From NCBI GenBank assembly GCA_963792855.1, contig CAWBXZ010000005.1:366492-430491 (forward strand): a DNA stretch of 64,000 nucleotides. The letters are read 5' to 3'. The notes below the pieces were generated by a model. That model was not told the DNA's origin, did not search any database, and was given only the letters and a program-made list of their open reading frames with translations. This stretch comes from an uncultured beta proteobacterium. Lineage in GTDB: Bacteria; Pseudomonadota; Gammaproteobacteria; Burkholderiales; Eutrophovitaceae. The position numbers and the translations under genes are program-made. Shown in pieces: positions 11,241-20,856 of this stretch. Positions within the stretch are counted from its first letter, which is position 1, and each line of letters starts with the position of its first letter.

Positions 11241-12467
11241 ATGCCGGTTAACATGCCCCCTACAGACTCAGCCTCCATTCTTCCGGTTGCCGGAGTGCGC
11301 CTCGGCATCGCTTGCGCAGGGATCAGGAAAACCGGCCGCAAGGATCTGCTGCTGATTTCTTTGGATGAGGGGTCCAATGTTGCGGGCGTGTTTACCCGCA
11401 ACCGCTTCTGTGCCGCCCCGGTCACGATTGCGCGTACCCATATCGCGTCCACTCCCGCCCGCGCCATGGTTGTCAATAGCGGCTGTGCCAATGCCGGCAC
11501 GGGCGAGGACGGGTTGGCCCGCGCAAGGCAGGTTTGCGAACACGTAGGCCGTTTGCTGAGTTGCGAAACCACCGCTGTCGTGCCGTTTTCGACCGGCGTA
11601 ATCATGCAAGACTTGCCGGTTGACAAGATCAGCGCTGCGCTGCCAGCGTGTATTCAGACGCTTTCAGCCAGCGCCTGGTTCGACGCGGCTGAGGCAATCA
11701 TGACAACGGATACCGTGCCAAAAGCGGCCTCCCGAACACTGAGTGTCGGCGGTCAGCGCGTGACGGTAACCGGTATTGCCAAGGGCTCGGGAATGATACG
11801 CCCGGACATGGCGACAATGCTCTCGTTTGTCGCGACCGATGCGGCGGTTGCCGCCGATGCGCTGCAAGCGATGATTCAATATGCCACCAAGCGAAGCTTC
11901 AACTGCATTACTGTCGATGGCGACACCTCGACCAATGACAGCCTGATGCTTATTGCTACCGGAGCCGCGAAGTGCCCGGAGATCGCTGACGTTGATTCTG
12001 CCGATTACATCGCTTTGCGCGACGCGGTTACCGATGTGTGTGTGCAGCTTGCGCAGATGGTAGTTCGCGATGGCGAAGGGGCGACCAAGTTCATTACGGT
12101 GCGGGTCGAAGGCGGGCGGAATGAAGAGGAATGCAGCGCGGTTGCATACGCGGTTGCTCATTCCCCGCTCGTCAAGACCGCGTTCTATGCTTCCGATCCG
12201 AATCTGGGTCGAATTCTTGCGGCGATTGGATATGCAGGTATTGCAGATCTCGATGTTTCGACGCTGGATGTCTATCTTGACGATGTGTTGGTTGCAACAG
12301 GCGGCGGCCGTGCGCCGGGTTACAGAGAAGAGCAGGCGCAGGCAGTCATGGACCAGCCGGAGATCACTGTTCGAATCCGGTTGAACCGGGGTGGCGCTGC
12401 CTTGACGGTCTGGACCTGTGATCTGTCACACGATTACGTGAGCATCAACGCGGATTACCGGAGCTAG
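11241..12467 (+). CDS. argJ: bifunctional glutamate N-acetyltransferase/amino-acid acetyltransferase
   Basis: 408 aa with IMTTDTVPK and the autoprocessing region [12 protein letters not shown]. It ends ...[11 protein letters not shown], typical of ArgJ, and lies directly after secA as in Pseudomonas. Confidence 0.95.
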   Translation: MPVNMPPTDSASILPVAGVRLGIACAGIRKTGRKDLLLISLDEGSNVAGVFTRNRFCAAPVTIARTHIASTPARAMVVNSGCANAGTGEDGLARARQVCEHVGRLLSCETTAVVPFSTGVIMQDLPVDKISAALPACIQTLSASAWFDAAEAIMTTDTVPKAASRTLSVGGQRVTVTGIAKGSGMIRPDMATMLSFVATDAAVAADALQAMIQYATKRSFNCITVDGDTSTNDSLMLIATGAAKCPEIADVDSADYIALRDAVTDVCVQLAQMVVRDGEGATKFITVRVEGGRNEEECSAVAYAVAHSPLVKTAFYASDPNLGRILAAIGYAGIADLDVSTLDVYLDDVLVATGGGRAPGYREEQAQAVMDQPEITVRIRLNRGGAALTVWTCDLSHDYVSINADYRS

Positions 12468-12469
12468 CA

Positions 12470-13396
12470 GTGGCGGATTGGGAGCGGATTTTTCAAAAGC
12501 TCGAGAACGTGCTTGATCGTGTCGAGCGCATTCTCCCGCAGTTGCCGGAACCGCCCGATTGGTCTGCGGCGACCGCTTACCGCTGGCGGCGGCGGGCAAG
12601 CAGCGGATTCCTGCAGCCGGTATTGCACCCGCACAAGATCAGGCTGAGTGATCTCCAGGGGGTGTCTGAGCAAAAACAGCTGGTGGATCAGAACACGCGT
12701 CAGTTTGTAGAAGGATTTGCTGCAAACAATGTGCTGTTAACGGGTGCCAAGGGCACCGGCAAGTCGTCATTGGTCAAAGCAGTTCTCAACAAGTTCTCGA
12801 ACAAGGGGCTGCGACTCATCGAGGTCGAGAAGCATGACCTGCACGACCTTCCGGATATTGTCGACATGGTTGCCAAGGCACCCTACCGTTTCATCATCTT
12901 CTGCGATGACTTGTCTTTCGACGCTGAAGAACCAGGCTACAAGGCACTCAAGGTTGTGCTGGATGGTTCGATATCAGCGACATCCGAAAATGTGCTGATC
13001 TACGCCACCTCCAATCGCCGGCACCTGATGCCCGAATACATGCAGGAGAATCTTGAGACGAAGTATCTCGGCGAGGAAATCCATCCTGGCGAAAGCGTGG
13101 AAGAAAAGATTTCGCTCTCCGAGAGGTTTGGATTGTGGATTTCCTTCTATCCGTTTGATCAGGACGAGTATCTCGCCATCGTTGATTATTGGGTGGCAAA
13201 GCTGACTGACGCCACTGGCTCCAGGGGATCCAGTAAACAGGCGTCAAAAAAGGATAGCGGGGCCAGGGATGAAGTGCACCAGGAGGCATTGCAATGGGCA
13301 CTGCTGCGCGGATCCCGCAGCGGGCGTGTCGCCTGGCAGTTCGCGCGCGACTGGGCGGGACGTCGGGAAATGCAATCCGCACGGAAAAGCAAGTAA
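12470..13396 (+). CDS. DUF815-type AAA ATPase
   Basis: GTG start, Walker A LLTGAKGTGKSSLVKA and Walker B-like FIIFCDDLSF. Size is about 300 aa. Confidence 0.75.
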   Translation: MADWERIFQKLENVLDRVERILPQLPEPPDWSAATAYRWRRRASSGFLQPVLHPHKIRLSDLQGVSEQKQLVDQNTRQFVEGFAANNVLLTGAKGTGKSSLVKAVLNKFSNKGLRLIEVEKHDLHDLPDIVDMVAKAPYRFIIFCDDLSFDAEEPGYKALKVVLDGSISATSENVLIYATSNRRHLMPEYMQENLETKYLGEEIHPGESVEEKISLSERFGLWISFYPFDQDEYLAIVDYWVAKLTDATGSRGSSKQASKKDSGARDEVHQEALQWALLRGSRSGRVAWQFARDWAGRREMQSARKSK

Positions 13397-13404
13397 CCCC
13401 GGGT

Positions 13405-14349
13405 TTGTCGGACAAGATCGTTGACGTGGCTGCGGCAGTGTTGCAGCGCCCTGACGGGTCGTTCCTGCTCGCGCAGCGCCCGACAGGCAAGGTTTGTGCG
13501 GGATACTGGGAATTTCCCGGTGGCAAGGTCGAATCCGGCGAAACCCCCTCACAAGCGTTGCGGCGCGAGTTGCAGGAGGAACTCGGCGTCACGGCTCTGT
13601 GTGTCTATCCCTGGTTGACACGCGTGTTCAGTTACCCGCACGCCACGGTACGACTGCATTTCCAGAGGGTGGTGCGATGGCAAGGCGAACCACGATCGCG
13701 AGAGGCGCAGGCATTTGCCTGGCAGAAACCTGGCGCGCCCGATGTCAGTCCGATGCTGCCAGCCAATACTTTTGTGCTAAAAGCGCTCGAATTGCCGGTG
13801 CAATACGCAATTACCAACGCCAGTGAATCGGGCGAACAACGGGCGCTCGAACGGCTCGACACGGCACTGTCACGTGGCTTGAGGCTGGTACAGGTCAGGG
13901 AGAAACACCTAAAACAATCTGCGCTGGAGAAGTTTGCGGCTGAAGTCGTGCGGCGGTGCCACGATTACGGTGCGCGGGTGATCATCAACAGCGATGCGGA
14001 CCTCGCCGCCAAAGTTGCCGCGGATGGTGTTCATCTTCCAGCGGCGCGCTTGATAGAGGCTTCCGCCCGCCCGCCCGGCTTCTACTGGTATGGCGCATCC
14101 TGCCACGACCGGCGGGAGATCGAATGGGCAGAAGCGATCGGTGTGGATTTCATCGTGCTCGGGCCGGTAAAACGTACCGCAAGCCATCCGCAGGCAACGC
14201 CGATGGGGTGGCGAGGGTTCCGCGAGCTCGCGTCGGGTGCATCGATTCCGGTGTATGCACTTGGTGGAATGCTGATAGGCGATCTAGAAGAAGCATGGAA
14301 GAACTCGGCGCACGGTATCGCCATGCAGCGAGGTGCCTGGGTTGACTGA
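13405..14349 (+). CDS. Nudix (MutT-like 8-oxo-dGTP diphosphatase) fused to a ThiE/TenI-like domain
   Basis: Nudix box GYWEFPGGKVESGETPSQALRRELQEELGV, followed by a C-terminal TMP-synthase-like domain (LRLVQVREK ... HLPAARL ... GASCHD ... DFIVLGPV). The ORF-track start at 13294 overlaps the previous gene, so the true start (TTG 13405 or GTG near 13426) is uncertain. Confidence 0.75.
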   Translation: MSDKIVDVAAAVLQRPDGSFLLAQRPTGKVCAGYWEFPGGKVESGETPSQALRRELQEELGVTALCVYPWLTRVFSYPHATVRLHFQRVVRWQGEPRSREAQAFAWQKPGAPDVSPMLPANTFVLKALELPVQYAITNASESGEQRALERLDTALSRGLRLVQVREKHLKQSALEKFAAEVVRRCHDYGARVIINSDADLAAKVAADGVHLPAARLIEASARPPGFYWYGASCHDRREIEWAEAIGVDFIVLGPVKRTASHPQATPMGWRGFRELASGASIPVYALGGMLIGDLEEAWKNSAHGIAMQRGAWVD

Positions 14350-14391
14350 AAACGGCCGGATCAGGCCTTGTCCGATTGAGGCTGCTGCTGT

Positions 14392-14607
14392 TCAGGCGTC
14401 AGTGTCATCCGAAGAAGACGACTGATTGACGTTCGCGGGAATTCGATACGATTCCGACGCCCATTGCCCCAGGTCGATCATCTTGCACCGCTCCGAGCAG
14501 AATGGGCGGTACGGGTTGCTGATATCCCACAGCAGCGGTGCGTCACATTGCGGGCAGTGAACGAGCGGCCCCTGATTTTTTGGCGAAGTGTCGTTCACAG
14601 GTTGCAA
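14392..14607 (-). CDS. yacG: DNA gyrase inhibitor YacG (zinc finger)
   Basis: 71 aa with [10 protein letters not shown]...[15 protein letters not shown], the YacG zinc-ribbon pattern. Located downstream of zapD and coaE. Confidence 0.85.
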   Translation of the reverse strand: MQPVNDTSPKNQGPLVHCPQCDAPLLWDISNPYRPFCSERCKMIDLGQWASESYRIPANVNQSSSSDDTDA

Positions 14608-15425
14608 AAGGTCAGGTCAAAGTCGACATTCTCTTCGCTGGTCTTTCGGTGAGAATCGACAATGGTTGCAAAACGAATGTTGATTGCGTATTTGTTGGCG
14701 CTGACTTCCGGCACGCAGGAATAGCTGTCATCGAGTTTCAATCGCAGCATTTGCGCGAGCCGTCCGCCCAGCATTTGCTGGAACTTCCCTTGTTCAGCGG
14801 TTTGTCGGGAAGTCTTGCCGCTTTCCCTGAGTAGCCGAAGAATCAGATTCGCACCAATGCGCATCGGCTCGAACGGTGCGAGCCATTCTTCGAGATCGTG
14901 CCTGCGTTTTTCCGCAGGTGAATGCATCCAGTGGTGGTAGGAAGGCAAGTCAAACTCGCAAACGCCACCGGGGATCGCTGTGCGTTGCCTGATGGCCATC
15001 AGCCATTCGTTTTCCCTGAGTTCCTGCCCTGTCTTGCCTGATGTGGTAAACAGCCTGGCAATTGCTTTTTCGGTTTCGTCAAGAATCGAAGACAGCTTGG
15101 CCTGTTCGACGGACGGGTTGCCCCTAAGGCCATCGAGTTGATGTTTCTTGCGTTCGAGTTCCTGCATGATTTCAGATTTCAGATCCGCACGACCAGCCAC
15201 ATCGAGAATCTCGAATAACGACAGAATCGCGACATGATGCTCCTGCGCATCATTCCTGGATTTGAAATACTCGGCGCGCTGATAAAGGCTCTCGATTCTG
15301 AGCAGTGTGCGCACTCGTTCGTTGAGGGGGAACTCGTAGACGATCACGTCGGTGAATTTTCTGGGAGGGTTCTTGTCCGGGGCCGCTTCTAGTATTGCTG
15401 ATTCGATGCCAAAAGAAAAGTCCAT
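14595..15425 (-). CDS. zapD: cell division protein ZapD
   Basis: 276 aa with a [17 protein letters not shown]-terminal motif. Conserved coaE-zapD-yacG order. Confidence 0.8.
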   Translation of the reverse strand: MDFSFGIESAILEAAPDKNPPRKFTDVIVYEFPLNERVRTLLRIESLYQRAEYFKSRNDAQEHHVAILSLFEILDVAGRADLKSEIMQELERKKHQLDGLRGNPSVEQAKLSSILDETEKAIARLFTTSGKTGQELRENEWLMAIRQRTAIPGGVCEFDLPSYHHWMHSPAEKRRHDLEEWLAPFEPMRIGANLILRLLRESGKTSRQTAEQGKFQQMLGGRLAQMLRLKLDDSYSCVPEVSANKYAINIRFATIVDSHRKTSEENVDFDLTFCNL

Positions 15426-15449
15426 CGCCGAATCCCCGGCGAAGAGCGT

Positions 15450-16046
15450 TCAACGCGCGAGCGTAAGGTACTTTTCGTGGAGTTGCTTCACTTTGGCGCG
15501 CAGGTCCGCAATTCCACCCTCATTACGGATCACATCGTCTGCGGCGGCGATTCGGTCACTGCGATTCGCCTGCGTTGCCATGATCGCCTCGATCTGGTCT
15601 TTCGCCAGCCCGCTGCGCCGCATAACCCGCTCAATCTGACTTTGCTCGGAACAGTCCACGACGAGGATGCGGTCGGCGAACTTGTAGCCCTTCGATTCGA
15701 CCAGCAGGGGGACGACGACAATCGCATAGGGTGCGTCGGTTGCAGACAACCGGCGCTGCACTTCTTCGCGAATCAGCGGATGCAGAATCCTCTGCAAGGC
15801 TTCTCTGACGGTCGAATCGGAGAAAGCCAGTTCCCGCATTCGCTTGCGGTCCAGAGCGCCGTCGCCCTGCACCACCTCCGGCCCGAATTCCTGCGCAATC
15901 TTCGACACAGCGGGCTGCCCGGCGGCCGTAAGCGCCCGCGAGATTTCGTCAGTGTCGATGACATCGACGCCCAGCGCCGCAAACAGGTCGGAGACCGTGG
16001 ATTTTCCCGAACCGATTCCACCCGTCAACCCGACCGTGAATGGCAT
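15450..16046 (-). CDS. coaE: dephospho-CoA kinase
   Basis: 198 aa with the P-loop GLTGGIGSGKST. Located downstream of pilD. Confidence 0.92.
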   Translation of the reverse strand: MPFTVGLTGGIGSGKSTVSDLFAALGVDVIDTDEISRALTAAGQPAVSKIAQEFGPEVVQGDGALDRKRMRELAFSDSTVREALQRILHPLIREEVQRRLSATDAPYAIVVVPLLVESKGYKFADRILVVDCSEQSQIERVMRRSGLAKDQIEAIMATQANRSDRIAAADDVIRNEGGIADLRAKVKQLHEKYLTLAR

Positions 16047-16064
16047 GCGTTAGTGAAACAGATT

Positions 16065-16967
16065 CTAGCGGAACAGGTTGAGATAAACGGTGTTGATATC
16101 GTCGCCCCACAGCATCGCAATCAGGCCGGCGGCAGCAAGATAGGGCCCAAAGGGAATGGGTACGTTTCGGCCCTGGCGCCGCGATACGATCAACAAGATG
16201 CCGACGACGGCGCCGACGAGTGACGAGAGCAATATCACCATTGGCAACAGCTTCCAGCCCAGCCATGCGCCAATCGCTGCGAGCAGTTTGAAATCGCCGA
16301 AACCCATCCCCTCTTTGCCTGTCACCAGTTTGAACAGCCAGTAAACAGACCACAGAGAGAGATAGCCGGCAACGGCGCCAATAACAGCCGAGTTCAGTGT
16401 GGTGAATGTTCCCGGAATGTTCGTTAACAAGCCAATCCAAAGCAGAGGCAAGGTGATGCTGTCTGGCAGCAACTGCGTGTCCACGTCGATCATGGTCAAC
16501 GCAATCAGTGACCATGCGAATAGAATCGCCGTGACGGAAGCCATGCCGAAGCCGAAATGCCAGGCGATATAGCCAGTGACGAGGCCGCTGGCCGCCTCTA
16601 CCACCGGGTAGCGCAGGCTGATCGGGTTGTTGCACTGTGAGCACTTGCCGCGAAGCGCCAGGTAGCTGAGCACCGGGATGTTTTCATGTGCACGGATTTG
16701 ATGGCCGCATTTCGGGCAGCCCGAACGGGGGATAACGAGGTTGTAACGAAGCGGTGTTTCGCTCTTCCCGCGCATCTTGGCAGCACAGTCCGTGAGCTCG
16801 GCGTCCTCGAGCATCATCGCGGCCTGTTCGTTCCAGTCGCGCTGCATCATTTTCGGCAGGCGATGAATGACGACGTTGAGGAAGCTGCCGACCATCAGTC
16901 CAACGACTGTCGCAGTTGCCGTGAACGCGAAAGGGCTGTCATGCAATAAGTTAAGCACGTCGGTCAT
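16065..16967 (-). CDS. pilD: prepilin peptidase/N-methyltransferase (A24 family)
   Basis: 300-aa polytopic membrane protein with the Cys-rich cytoplasmic segment (CPKCGHQI...CSQCNNPI) and GMGFGDFKLLAAIGAWLG. Confidence 0.9.
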   Translation of the reverse strand: MTDVLNLLHDSPFAFTATATVVGLMVGSFLNVVIHRLPKMMQRDWNEQAAMMLEDAELTDCAAKMRGKSETPLRYNLVIPRSGCPKCGHQIRAHENIPVLSYLALRGKCSQCNNPISLRYPVVEAASGLVTGYIAWHFGFGMASVTAILFAWSLIALTMIDVDTQLLPDSITLPLLWIGLLTNIPGTFTTLNSAVIGAVAGYLSLWSVYWLFKLVTGKEGMGFGDFKLLAAIGAWLGWKLLPMVILLSSLVGAVVGILLIVSRRQGRNVPIPFGPYLAAAGLIAMLWGDDINTVYLNLFR

Positions 16968-17021
16968 AGTGCCGCGAATTTACCTTTTTTGGCCAAAGCA
17001 GCGAGGCTTCGTGCCGGGTTC

Positions 17022-17052
17022 AAAAAAAACGCCCGAGTGTGTCCCCGGGCGT
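17022..17052 (-). terminator. rho-independent terminator between pilC and pilD
   Basis: On the minus strand: ACGCCCG, a 10-nt loop, CGGGCGT, then a run of 8 U. It lies about 20 nt after the pilC stop. Confidence 0.7.
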
Positions 17053-17071
17053 CTTGGTTGGGTGCTTTGGT

Positions 17072-18307
17072 TCAGACTGCCTGACCCATCTTGAAGATTG
17101 GCAGATACATTGCGATCACCATGCCGCCGATGAGAACGCCGAGGACAACCATGATCATTGGCTCCATCAGGCTCGACAACGCATCGACCGAATCATCCAC
17201 TTCCCGTTCGAAGAAATCCGCCACCTTGCCCAGCATGGCGTCGAGCGAGCCGGATTCTTCGCCGATCGATACCATCTGAATCACCATGTTGGGAAAAACC
17301 TCACTGCCTTGCATCGCGACCGTGAGACTGGTGCCGCCCCTGACCTCGCCCTGAATCTGTTTGGTTGCGACGTAGTAGACGTAGTTGCCAGCCGCACCGG
17401 CGACTGAATCCAGCGCCTCTACCAGCGGAACGCCAGCCGCGAACATGGTCGACAGGGTCCTCGTCCAGCGCGCGATTGTGGCTTTGCGAATGAGTTCACC
17501 GAATACCGGAATTTTCAGGAATAGCCGATCCAGTACTTGCTGCATTTTCACCGAGCGCTTCCACGTATAGAAGAAGAACCAGAGGCCGAAGCCAACACCC
17601 CCGAAAATGGCCCACCAGTAGGCGACAAAGAAATCCGATATGGCCATTACCATCAGGGTCGGTGCCGGCAAGTCCGCGCCGAAGTTCGTAAACAATTCCT
17701 TAAACGCCGGAATAACGAAAAGCATGATGATGGCGGTAATGATGAAGGCCACAACGACGATCGAGAGTGGATAGAACATGGCAGCCTTGATCTTGCTCTT
17801 GATCGCAAGGATTTTTTCCTTGTAGGTGGCAAGCCGGTCCAGGAGGCTGTCGAGAATACCGGCGGATTCACCCGCCCCTACCAGATTGCAATACAGTGCG
17901 TCGAAGTAGATGGGGTACTTGCGAAACGAGGCGCTCAGGCTGGTCCCGGTTTCGACATCGGTCTTGATGTCCATCAGCAACTTGGCGACGGCGGGATTGG
18001 CATGTCCCTTGCCGACGATGTCGAAGGCCTGCAGCAGCGGCACCCCGGATTTCATCATCGTTGCCAGTTGCCTGGTGAAAAACGTGATGTCCTTGTCCGT
18101 AACCTTGCCGCCGACGCCTCCGCGCTGGCGCTTGACCTTCGGTTGGGAGATGCCCTGGCGCCGCAAGGCGGCCAACACCACGTGCGTGCCCCCGGCACGC
18201 ATGTCGCCTTTGACGAGTTTGCCGCTCCTGTCGCGCCCCTCCCAGACGTAGTTGTACTCCTTGACCTGTTGTCCCCGTCGCGCTGTCGCGGTTGCAGTTG
18301 CCATTGC
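17072..18307 (-). CDS. pilC: type IV pilus assembly platform protein PilC (GspF family)
   Basis: Duplicated GspF-like domains and three TM segments. The likely start is MATATATARRGQQVKEYNYVWEGRDRSGK at 18307; the ORF-track extension to 18445 has no PilC-like sequence. Confidence 0.88.
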   Translation of the reverse strand, partial: AMATATATARRGQQVKEYNYVWEGRDRSGKLVKGDMRAGGTHVVLAALRRQGISQPKVKRQRGGVGGKVTDKDITFFTRQLATMMKSGVPLLQAFDIVGKGHANPAVAKLLMDIKTDVETGTSLSASFRKYPIYFDALYCNLVGAGESAGILDSLLDRLATYKEKILAIKSKIKAAMFYPLSIVVVAFIITAIIMLFVIPAFKELFTNFGADLPAPTLMVMAISDFFVAYWWAIFGGVGFGLWFFFYTWKRSVKMQQVLDRLFLKIPVFGELIRKATIARWTRTLSTMFAAGVPLVEALDSVAGAAGNYVYYVATKQIQGEVRGGTSLTVAMQGSEVFPNMVIQMVSIGEESGSLDAMLGKVADFFEREVDDSVDALSSLMEPMIMVVLGVLIGGMVIAMYLPIFKMGQAV

Positions 18308-18612
18308 CAGTTTCCTTTGAATACTTGTAGGGCTGCCGGGACTGTCTCGCACCGCACCAACAGCCGGAAGTCTGTGGGGCGGGCCCGCGCTATGCACGCC
18401 GGCGGACACTGCCAACAAGGCGGTGCCCTCGGACGTCAAACGCATTTCCCTGCCGTTTCAGCTCGCCCTGTTTGACAATCTATGAGGAGCGAGCCAACCA
18501 ATGCTTTAGTTATTAAGCAAGCTTCATGCGACTTCACAAGACTTTGCAATCAGCATGATGCCTTTTCCCGGATTTCTTGTAAAGATTGAGATTTTACAAA
18601 TAACTAACTGTT

Positions 18613-19884
18613 TTATATCGATTTTTCAAAGGGCGGCAGTCGGACCGATTTGATGGAGCGGTGCTGGGTTTGCAGTATCTCGACCGGGAACCCGGCCAGT
18701 TTGAGCGACGTCCCGGGTTCCGGGATTTCCTGCAGATGTTCCAGTATCAGCCCGTTCAGGGTCTTCGGTCCGTCGACAGGAAAGTCGTAACCGAGCTGTC
18801 GGTTGAGATCGCGCAAGGAGGCCGCACCATCGACGACGACACTGCCGTCTTCCAGGCGCTTCCAGTCAGCGGATTGGAATGGCGACTGAGTAGTAAATTC
18901 GCCGATGATCTCCTCAAGGATGTCCTCGATCGTGAGCAGCCCCATCAGTTCACCGTATTCGTCAACGACCAGTGCCATCCGGTCCTGCTGGTCCTGGAAA
19001 TTCTGCAATTGGTCGAGCAGGCCGGTGTCGATCGGTACGAAATACGGCTCTTTCATGACTTCGGAGATGATTTGCGCGTCGATTTCGTTGCGATCCGAAC
19101 GATTCAGCACTTTCCGGATGTGAACGACGCCTATCAGTTCGTCGAGGCGGCCGCGATAGACCGGCAAGCGCGTGTGGTTAGCGGTGGAAATTTCGCGGCG
19201 GATTTCCTCGGTAGTGGCATCGAGATCGATTCCCTCGATCTTGCTCCTTGGCGTCATGACATCTTCAACCGTAATCGACTCCAGGTCGAACAGGTTGAGC
19301 AGCATCGTTTGGTGCTTTTGCGGCAGGAAATGCCCGCCTTCCAGAACCAGTGTGCGCAGTTCCTCTGAACTTAGCGTCTGTGCTTGCGCACCGGCGGGCT
19401 TGAGCTTGAATACGTACAGCAATCCATTGACGAAGAGATTTGCCACCACGACAACGGGATGCGTAAGTGTCATCAGCGGCTTGAGCACCAGACTGGCCGG
19501 GAACGCAATCTTTTCGGGATAGCTGGCGCCGATAATCTTGGGCGTAATCTCACTGAAAACCAGAAAGATGGCGGTGACGGTCAGCGTCGCGATGGTCAGT
19601 GAGAGTTCGCTTTCCCCGAGCAACCGGAAGACGATGGCGGTACCCAGAGCGGCGGCGGCAGTGTTGACGAGGTTGTTGCCGAGCAATATCGAGCCAAGAA
19701 GGCGGTCGGTACGTTCGAGCAAGTAGATCGTTCGCCGGGCACTGCGATTTCCCGTTTTGGCAAGGTGCCGCAACCGGTAACGGTTGAGCGCCATCATGCT
19801 CGTCTCGGAGCTCGAGAAAAATGCCGAGAAAACGATCAGGACCAGAAATATGATGAGAAGCGTGCGTAAAGGAATATCGGTCAT
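18613..19884 (-). CDS. HlyC/CorC family transporter (DUF21-CBS pair-CorC_HlyC)
   Basis: 423 aa with an N-terminal four-TM DUF21, a CBS pair region and a C-terminal CorC domain. Same neighbourhood as E. coli yfjD-ypjD-ffh. Confidence 0.88.
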   Translation of the reverse strand: MTDIPLRTLLIIFLVLIVFSAFFSSSETSMMALNRYRLRHLAKTGNRSARRTIYLLERTDRLLGSILLGNNLVNTAAAALGTAIVFRLLGESELSLTIATLTVTAIFLVFSEITPKIIGASYPEKIAFPASLVLKPLMTLTHPVVVVANLFVNGLLYVFKLKPAGAQAQTLSSEELRTLVLEGGHFLPQKHQTMLLNLFDLESITVEDVMTPRSKIEGIDLDATTEEIRREISTANHTRLPVYRGRLDELIGVVHIRKVLNRSDRNEIDAQIISEVMKEPYFVPIDTGLLDQLQNFQDQQDRMALVVDEYGELMGLLTIEDILEEIIGEFTTQSPFQSADWKRLEDGSVVVDGAASLRDLNRQLGYDFPVDGPKTLNGLILEHLQEIPEPGTSLKLAGFPVEILQTQHRSIKSVRLPPFEKSI

Positions 19885-19974
19885 GGCATCAGTACCTCGA
19901 GAAACAAATGCCGGCCCGGTTGGACGGTCCGATTTCGGTTTGCAGGGGCATGGTTCGGGGGTCTTCGGCGCCGG

Positions 19975-20793
19975 TCAACGCTGCAGGATGACTTCTGCCA
20001 CGAACCGGCTGCCGACATATGCCAGCACCAGCGCCATGAAGCCTGCAAGCGTCCAGCGCAACGCAACACGGCCGCGCCATCCGTACAAGGTGCGGCCCAG
20101 CAGGAGCCCCCCGAAAATAAACCATGACATGAAGCCAAAAACGGTCTTGTGCGTGAACGTGAGAGGTTTGCCGAACAATTCTTCCGAAAACAGCACGCCC
20201 GTGGCCAGCGTAAGGGTCAGGAAGACGAATCCGCTGCCGAGGATCTTGAACAGCACGGATTCCATTGTGAGTAACGGTGGCAAGGTCTGAAGCAACGGCG
20301 GGACATCGTGCGAGTGCAGATGTCTCTCGGCGAATGCCATCACAAGCACGTGCAGTGAAGCGATCGTGAACAGACTGTAGGCGAGCATTGCGATCAGAAG
20401 GTGTGCTTTGAACACCGGCAGTTGCGTGTTGGCGAGCGGTTGCGTTGCCGGGACAAGCAGAGGCAGCAGGGACAAAACGGCGGCGCTGGGCAAAACCAAT
20501 GCGTTGAGCGCTTCCAGCCGGTAAAAAAAACCTGCAACCCAGTAGATGAACACGGCGATCGCGATGACGAGGGACACGGTATTCCCAACGCCGAGATAAA
20601 GTCCGCCCGCGTGAAACATCGTTGCCGAGAGCAACCAAAGATGGATGAGCAGCGGAATCGCTACCAGCAGGTGTGTGGCGCGAACCGGCGCTTTGGCGGG
20701 CGTCTGCGTGCCGTGCCGCAAGTCTTTCCAGACGAAGGCGGCAAGTGCCACGTAAGCGAGGCTCGCGATCAGATGAAGTAGAATCAGGCTCAT
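19975..20793 (-). CDS. cytochrome c assembly (CcsA/YpjD-like) inner membrane protein
   Basis: 272-aa polytopic membrane protein, divergent from ffh as ypjD is in E. coli. Confidence 0.7.
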   Translation of the reverse strand: MSLILLHLIASLAYVALAAFVWKDLRHGTQTPAKAPVRATHLLVAIPLLIHLWLLSATMFHAGGLYLGVGNTVSLVIAIAVFIYWVAGFFYRLEALNALVLPSAAVLSLLPLLVPATQPLANTQLPVFKAHLLIAMLAYSLFTIASLHVLVMAFAERHLHSHDVPPLLQTLPPLLTMESVLFKILGSGFVFLTLTLATGVLFSEELFGKPLTFTHKTVFGFMSWFIFGGLLLGRTLYGWRGRVALRWTLAGFMALVLAYVGSRFVAEVILQR

Positions 20794-20856
20794 GTGCGGC
20801 TGAAAGTCAGGCGCAGTCTACATCATCCCGTTCCCCTCAACACCCGTCGCTGCGAA

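Noticed and set aside
13294-13404. Upstream extensions offered by the ORF track (MutT fusion 13294, ffh 20794, pilC 18445, yqeY 31931, xerD 28959, ridA 49276, TlpA-like 49417, first FGE-fold gene 46400, lpxC 4454)
   Set aside because: These extensions overlap upstream genes or a terminator, lack family-typical sequence, and sit ahead of internal starts that match canonical N-termini. I used the shorter gene models.
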